Positions 57,173-64,000 of a DNA stretch of 64,000 nucleotides are shown piece after piece (positions within the stretch are counted from its first letter, which is position 1; every line of letters begins with the position of its first letter). The translations under genes and the position numbers were made by a program. The DNA comes from Trichinella spiralis (Eukaryota): assembly GCF_000181795.1 (NCBI RefSeq), contig NW_003526944.1:1-64000 (forward strand). The letters are read 5' to 3'. The notes beneath the pieces were generated by a model. The model saw only the letters and a program-made list of their open reading frames with translations, made no database searches and was not told the origin of the DNA.

Positions 57173-58082
57173 AACAAAATTCCTTATTGATAAAATCATC
57201 AACCTGCTCATATCATATTTTTAATTTAAAAGAAATTAAAACTTCTAATCTTTGCAACTAAGCAACTTAAAACACTGGAAACAGTTATGTTCCATTCGCA
57301 GCTGCGTTTCAAGCCACATCTATTCAAATATGTCATTTCAATCTTTGCATTACAATGTATTTGTTATAAGAAAATTGTCGTCGTCAAATTGTTAATTTAC
57401 GAAGCTAAATAAAGTTTCACTATCAGTTTCTTACAAAATAAAAAAGTAAAAAAAATACAAAAATTTTATGGCCATAATTTACTTAACTTTCAATACTTTG
57501 CATTATTATTCAGCACCAACAACTCTGCGCTTTGCTAAAATTAAGAAATAACAACCTTTAGGTACAACATTACTTATGGATATTTTAAACACGACGTGTT
57601 CAAATAAACACTGATTAAATGAATTTTCAGTGTATGATATTTTAAAGATCTTCTACTTACTGCCATTATTGTTGTATACTAATTATAAAAATTTAAATAA
57701 AAAAGTAAATAACAAATATTTCATTGTAAAATAAGCGACATTGTTATCTTTCCATCGATTCCAATGCTTAACGAGCAGAAAACATTTCTTTAATTAACAT
57801 TTCAAATAATTGCAATAAAGAAAAAATAATATTAATTTTGAAAAGAAAAAATAAGAACGTATTTTAACGTTAAAATAGTGAAATGCAAATTTGAAAACTT
57901 AAAAACCAACAACAACTGGCGAATAAGAGTAGTGCAAATTTCCACAGTTAACTTTTTTATTTGAATAAGATTGATTTCTGTCATCCTAGCAATAACATTG
58001 CCAACAGCATCACTTTAAATTTCAAATCTGAAGCCTAGTTTCGAAATAACAAAGAAGTAAATAAAGGAAATTCTAAATTCTT

Positions 58083-58088
<6 letters not shown>

Positions 58089-58121
<33 letters not shown>

Positions 58122-58748
58122 TTTTTTGCTTTCAAATAAAAATCTTTTTGTTTATACTTCTGTGTTATCCTTACAAGCATCCAGAAGGAGAGAGAGAGAG
58201 AGAGGTATGCTAAAATTCAAAATTGAAAATATTTTTAAAACTACTGGTTTAAAAAATCGTATAATTTTATGGCACATGAGAAATCATCCAATGAAAAAAG
58301 GTAAGAATAAATAAGACTGAGTACAGCAACAACAACGTTGACAGATAGGTGAGTTAAAAAGCTAACTGCGTGCTATGCATCTTGCTAATTTAGCTAAACT
58401 AGCCAATGGTAGAGATAGTTTGGCAAGCGTTGTTGCGTTGGCTGCAGATCCGCAGGCGCATTCGCAACGTTCGATTACCGCTAATGTATGTGCAGCCAGC
58501 CGATTCCCCCTAAAGCAGACAAATGCAGATGGGTTTGGCGATATGAAACGTGAAAAATTGATTTTTCCTCCTCTGCCAAGCTTTAGCTTTGGAAAAGAGC
58601 GTGCGTGTGCGCGACAACGACTGCGCTGGAACTAAATTTAAGAAAGGAAAACAGCACGCGACGACGACAGCTTTAGCGGCAGCAGCGCACCACCAAAACA
58701 TCATATACATACATACACTCCCTCTTTTCCCCCCCGTCTCTCTCTCTG

Positions 58749-58787
<39 letters not shown>

Positions 58788-59600
58788 ATCTCAGTCTCTC
58801 CCTCCTCTCTCTCTCTCTCTCTCTCCCATTCTCTCACTTTCCATCTCTCTATCTTTCCTTTTATCCCATTGCTGCAGTAAGTTAAGCAGCATTCATTTAG
58901 CTTTAAGCTGAGTTGCTTGCTCAGGTCACGCCCTGAAAAAGAAGTTCAGGGTTTGGAGAAGAAAAGGTTCTTTCTTTTCATCTCGAGATACATTCTTTTC
59001 GCGATGAAGATTCACGTTAAATATCATGTTTTGTGAATTTCATTTCCCTACTTTTCAATCAACTTATTGCTCTCTTTCAAAAAGGAAACCATTTGTATTA
59101 CGTATAAACGTATACAGATAGATGGATATATACATACACATACATAGACACAGATACATATAAAATATATATATATATATATATATACATATACTTATAG
59201 GTGTATATATTTTTGTATATATATCTATATATACAAAGACGTTATAAATGTAAAAGATTTGTTCTACTATTGGTGAGAGAAGATTTGTCAAGCATTACCA
59301 GTCAATTTACTACGCTTCTTCTTCTTCTCAACATTACGTAGTCGTTTTCATTCAAAGCCTGCTTGTTGATCGTTCAATTGTCAGCGTGCGCGACTTGAAC
59401 ACGTCATACACACACAAACACAGACTTACATATACGCGCATACACACACACACACACACTCTCACACATACACATACAAGCACATACCCTTAGACACACG
59501 CAATCACACTCTCACAAATACAGACACACACACACACACACACCAATAGAGACTAAAAGAGAGAGTATGTGTGTGAGAGAGAGAGGCATACAAACAGTCA
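58089..59600. repeat. Microsatellite cluster ((CT)n at 58089-58119 and 58737-58824, (GA)n, (AT)n at ~59165, (CA)n at 59410-59545) upstream of unc-10
   Basis: Read directly from the sequence. Confidence 0.9.
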
Positions 59601-59859
59601 TATAGACAGAAGAATATTCATTTAAACCAAGACGAACAAAAATTCACATCTCGTTCGTCGACTATTTCTTTTTCATTCAACAATCATTAATTGCTGTTCA
59701 TCTGCGTTGGCGCCGCTAACTGCGGTGCCTTTTTCTACATGACTACGACTGCTGATCACAATCCAACCACTGTAGCAGCCACTAGAACAACATCTTTGAT
59801 TTACCAGCAGCAGTTTTTTCTCTTCAACAAGCTTCCTCTTCTTCCTGTCGCAAGTGAAC

Positions 59860-59975
59860 ATGGCCGACGCAACAATGCCTGATCTCAGTCATCTGACCGA
59901 AGAGGAACGACAAATTATTGAACAGGTGCTTCAAAGACAACGGGCTGAAGAAAGTCAAGAGATGCAACTGAGACG
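59860..59975 (+). CDS. unc-10: RIM/UNC-10 (Rab3-interacting active-zone protein), first coding exon; gene continues beyond a long intron
   Basis: MADATMPDLSHLTEEERQIIEQVLQRQRAEESQEMQLR, followed by donor CG|GTAACA. PDLSHL.EEER.II..V..RQ..EE is the N-terminal Rab3-binding helix of RIM/UNC-10. This exon is not in the ORF track. Confidence 0.85.
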
Positions 59976-62880
59976 GTAACAAAAAACTCTTCTTCTTTGC
60001 TTTTCTTTCTTGTATAATTTGCATTAAATTTTTCTCTCAATATATTAACATTAACGTAATAATGTATATATGTATATATTGCATATGAGAAGAACATCTT
60101 AAGCTGATTGCTAATTGAAATAGTATGTCAGAAATACACAGATGATGTTTATTATTCTTGCCACTTCTCTCTTTGTCCTAATCTCATGTATTGCCCGTGA
60201 TCCGATTTCACTTGTATACAATAATAATAACCATAATACATAAGTAATGTCGTTGAACAAACAAGTAATGCAACGCATAAATTTAAATGCTGAAATATAT
60301 ATTAATTTTTTATTTTATAAATTTATTTTTTTTAATATTTAATTCCTTTCTGCTTTACTTTTGCGCATTATTTTTCATCATCATCATTCGCAATAACCTA
60401 GTACTTCCTTTTTCTCAACTATTGCTAATAGGGTGAATTGAAAAAATCTATAAATCAATGTTTTCTTATTCTCTTACAAAGATGATGCTATTTTTACAAT
60501 TGCATCAACTGAAATTGTATGGTTATTTTGTTCTTATATTGCACAAAAAAGTAATTGAAAAAAAATTTTCAAATAAACATTGTCAGCTTGAAATGCTAAT
60601 CACAAATTCGGTCATGACCCGACATTTTCTTGCGTTGATGCGATAAATGTTTGGGTCGATTAAACGGAATACTGTAGTAATGGAGTGCTTATCATCTGTA
60701 TGGTGAGCTTTGGGTAATTATTTCAACATTTCAACTTTTATACTTAATGCAAATCATAAATTCACACGATTCATTCATTCGCTATATGAAACTGACTTTT
60801 TAAACAATTAACATTGGATTACCAATAAATTTGTACTTCATTTTCACAGTTATTCCATCACTTATTAGCAACCAACGTTAATGGTCGTTGAGGTCACTGT
60901 CGTTTATTTGTAATGTGCAAGTGATTTATAGCGTAATGTTTGTTCTATGCTATCCTTTTTGTGTAAGACACAGAAAAACGACATTTGCAGTAATATTTGC
61001 AAAAATATATATAAACTGAATTACAAGTATTAAAAGACTGAATATTAAAAGATTGAATATTATAAAGATTGAACTGTTGACGGACTTATTTGTGCTGTTC
61101 AAGTAAAAACTATATAATATTTCAACTAATAAAAAATACATTTTGTTGACTGAACGAACACACAAATTGGCCAGTTTCATGCATGAACATGTATATACAG
61201 CTTTGTAGTAGTACAGATTAACCTTCTTTCATTCACACTTGCAACGAAAATTATAAATGATCAGCTTCGCCTTTCACGCTCTACATCCGCTCATTTCAAA
61301 AATTTATTTTCACCACGTGACTCTCAAAAACTGTCATCTCATTTTACCATTAAGTTATAGATATTTATCAGCAAATTCAACTTGTCTTAATGCAACTAGT
61401 AAGCTAATACAGTGATCATGAGATTATCTTACATATTACGCAAGTAAATAATTTTATCTAGAACACAGCATATAACAGAACTGAATTACCTTGAGAATGT
61501 ATAACAATAAATAACGCAAAATCAATGATATACAATAAGGAAAATTTTAGATCATATGCCAACTGTAATCAAAAGACTTTTTTTTCAACAAACAGGAGAC
61601 AACTACTGCTCATGATAAAAGCCATAAATGAAAATAAAAACTACTTATACAGGTTCATATCTGTTGAAATAATTAACTAATAATAATCCTTGTACAGTTT
61701 GTTACTTTATAAAAAATCTTACAGTTATTTAACAACACTGAAAATTTCAGCTAATAAAATCTTATTAAAAGATGTCCCTTTACCAATTAATTGAATTGAA
61801 TATTTTGACAGAAAATTTTTTTCGTGAACTTTTCTATTAAATATTACATAAAAAAGACCAACACTTCCCAAAATTGATTAGTTCATGGCGAGGTATCACT
61901 TTCACACTTTCGGACGTGCTTGAATGTTGAAGAAACTTCAACCACAACACAACTACTGCTCAAAAAAGTGCATCTTTGTTTTACTTGAACTTTCTTTTTG
62001 TCAATTTTACTATTCTGAAATCAAATTTATTAATGATCATTGAATCTATTTTAAAATAAATGCACGCAAATATTATTCAATCTGTAATATTTACATTAAT
62101 ACAAATTTGTAAAAAAGAAAAAAAGATGTAAACGTCCAACTATCTTCCGCTTCATATTTTCAAACATCATATTACTAGTAGCAGAAATTGTACTATTAGT
62201 AGTAGTTCAATAAAAGTTTGTTGTTTCGACGATGATGCCTGTCGAATTACAATTGATTGACTCGCTTTCCCTTATACTTTTCCAATGCAATTTCACCGGT
62301 TCCAATTTGGAAGCAGCTGCTGATCCTGTAGTTGAAATTGGAAGCGCTGCGATTGATTTTAATTCACAACGACAAACAGAGACACAGGAAAGAGTGAAAA
62401 GCTTTCTGCCCTAACAAATAAGCACTGCTTTTTTCAAATTTAAATTCAAATTCAAATTTCTCCCTCAAATTTCACTTTACAATTTTCAAAACAACAAATC
62501 CCATTCTGCATTTCAAATATTATTAAATTCTGTGCTCAACTGTCTAAATGAATATATACATTAATCACTATACTGTTAATCTTTTTTCTACTTTCGTTTA
62601 TATTTATTTCATAAAGCCATCATTGCGCAATTCAATTAGAATTTCATATAAGCCCGCTTATATTTAGCTTATTTTAAAACAAAACAAAAACAATCCCTTT
62701 CTCTACAAGCACACAGTAATAGTAGTAGTAATAGCAGCAGTAGTTTCATTATCACTCAAATGAAATCTGTAAATTTACAGTAATAGATTACTATATTACA
62801 GTGAATGCAAAACATCTGCATAAAACAAACAAAATTAGTGTTTGCAATTGTTAACTGAGATGCTATTGCACTGAATATAA

Positions 62881-62915
<35 letters not shown>

Positions 62916-64000
62916 ATAAAAAGTTTCAAAGCAAATTAGTCAACTGCTTCAAAATTGAATAATTCTATTACCTGACCTTTTCGTGCAGTTTTATTTGTAA
63001 AAATTACAACAAGTGCTTAATAATAATAATAATAGTAAAAATAACAACTGTTCTACAGCTAGAACTTTCCATATTTTATCCTATCTTGAAATATATATGT
63101 CTGAAATTTTTTTATTTTTTAAGTACAATTTAACACAAGAAATAAATAAATCAATAAAAATATCATAGGACCATTGTAAATTGAGAAATTCAATATTGGA
63201 TTGTTTAGGCAGTTTAATGAGTTGGCAGATAAAGAAAAAAATCACAAAAAATTTTAATTTTGCAATTAAGTTTTCATTTTGTATGTTGAAAATTTAGAAT
63301 TTAAAAAAAATAAGAAAAACTAATAATCAGAAATTCAATTATTGTTGTCTGCTTAATGGAAATAAACAAAATGATTATTGCAAATTTTTCAAAAATGCCC
63401 TTTTTTTATTCAAAATTGCAATAATAAGTGCAATCGTCGTCAGTTGCATTATTGATTGAGCCACTTTATCCGGCTGACCATCGCGAACTCAGCTTTGTCT
63501 GATGCCTAGCGACGACACATTTGCAAAAGAAGCCGCGTAATGAACACTTCCGAAAGCTACAACTATCAATCACGCTTTATCTTGACAAGCCCAGGCAAAG
63601 TTTACTATGCAAAATGCCAGCTATCCTGTGCTATTACATAATATTGTAGGCCATTTTTCACATTTTATATTTATTTAAAGCCTTTATTATTGCTATTTGT
63701 TGTTTTTGAATTTTTGAAAATCAAATTAATATTGCAAATGCATTTTGTTTATTGTAAGTTCTATTACTTACATCTACCTTTTTGGCATGGTAAAACAAAG
63801 ACAGAAGAATTCTCAGTTGATTCTTATAATCAATCAGTTGTTGGCTAACAAATAACGGCCAATTCGCCGTCGCCAAGTAAATCAATCGATTCATCAGCTT
63901 ATTGTTGATTATTGCATTTAGCGTGACTATTGCAGCTAGCTGTGAAAGGAAATAAATATTATAGAAGAAAATTCCACATCGAAATACAGCCATTCCATTA

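Noticed and set aside
58589..59291. ORFs with SLSLSL and IYIYIY runs
   Set aside because: These are translations of microsatellites.
60000..64000. Further unc-10 exons or nested genes
   Set aside because: No RIM zinc-finger or PDZ motif recognised; the region reads as AT-rich intron with short spurious ORFs.

Overview
AT-rich, intron-dense eukaryotic DNA with many 45-110 nt introns and TTTCAG-type acceptors. The proteins are nematode-like, and a clade I nematode such as Trichinella is the most likely source (my inference, not searched). Genes reconstructed by manually splicing exons: a KIF13/KLP-4-type kinesin-3 (-), a small single-pass membrane protein (+, 5' end unresolved), a miRNA-class Argonaute ALG-1/2 with intact DEDH tetrad (-), a mitochondrial single-domain rhodanese missed by the ORF track (-), a decayed BEL/Pao gag fragment (-), TatD DNase CRN-2 (+), TFIIE alpha (-), a divergent SLC2/GLUT-family transporter (+), hnRNP F/H (-), two head-to-head OATP/SLCO paralogs, a secreted GM2-activator/ML-like protein (+) and exon 1 of RIM/UNC-10 (+). 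A ~350-bp diverged direct repeat brackets the Pao-TatD-TFIIE block. I see no multi-gene novel system of the prokaryotic kind. The most interesting signals are residue-level or splicing-level: a rhodanese with the catalytic Cys replaced by Gly, a GLUT lacking most glucose-binding Asn residues, a kinesin with switch-II R>S and no CAP-Gly, an OATP loop insert bounded by dibasic sites, a recursive-splice-like AG|GTAAGT site in Argonaute, a GC-AG intron, and overlapping convergent 3' ends. Exon boundaries were read by eye and may be off by a few nt.
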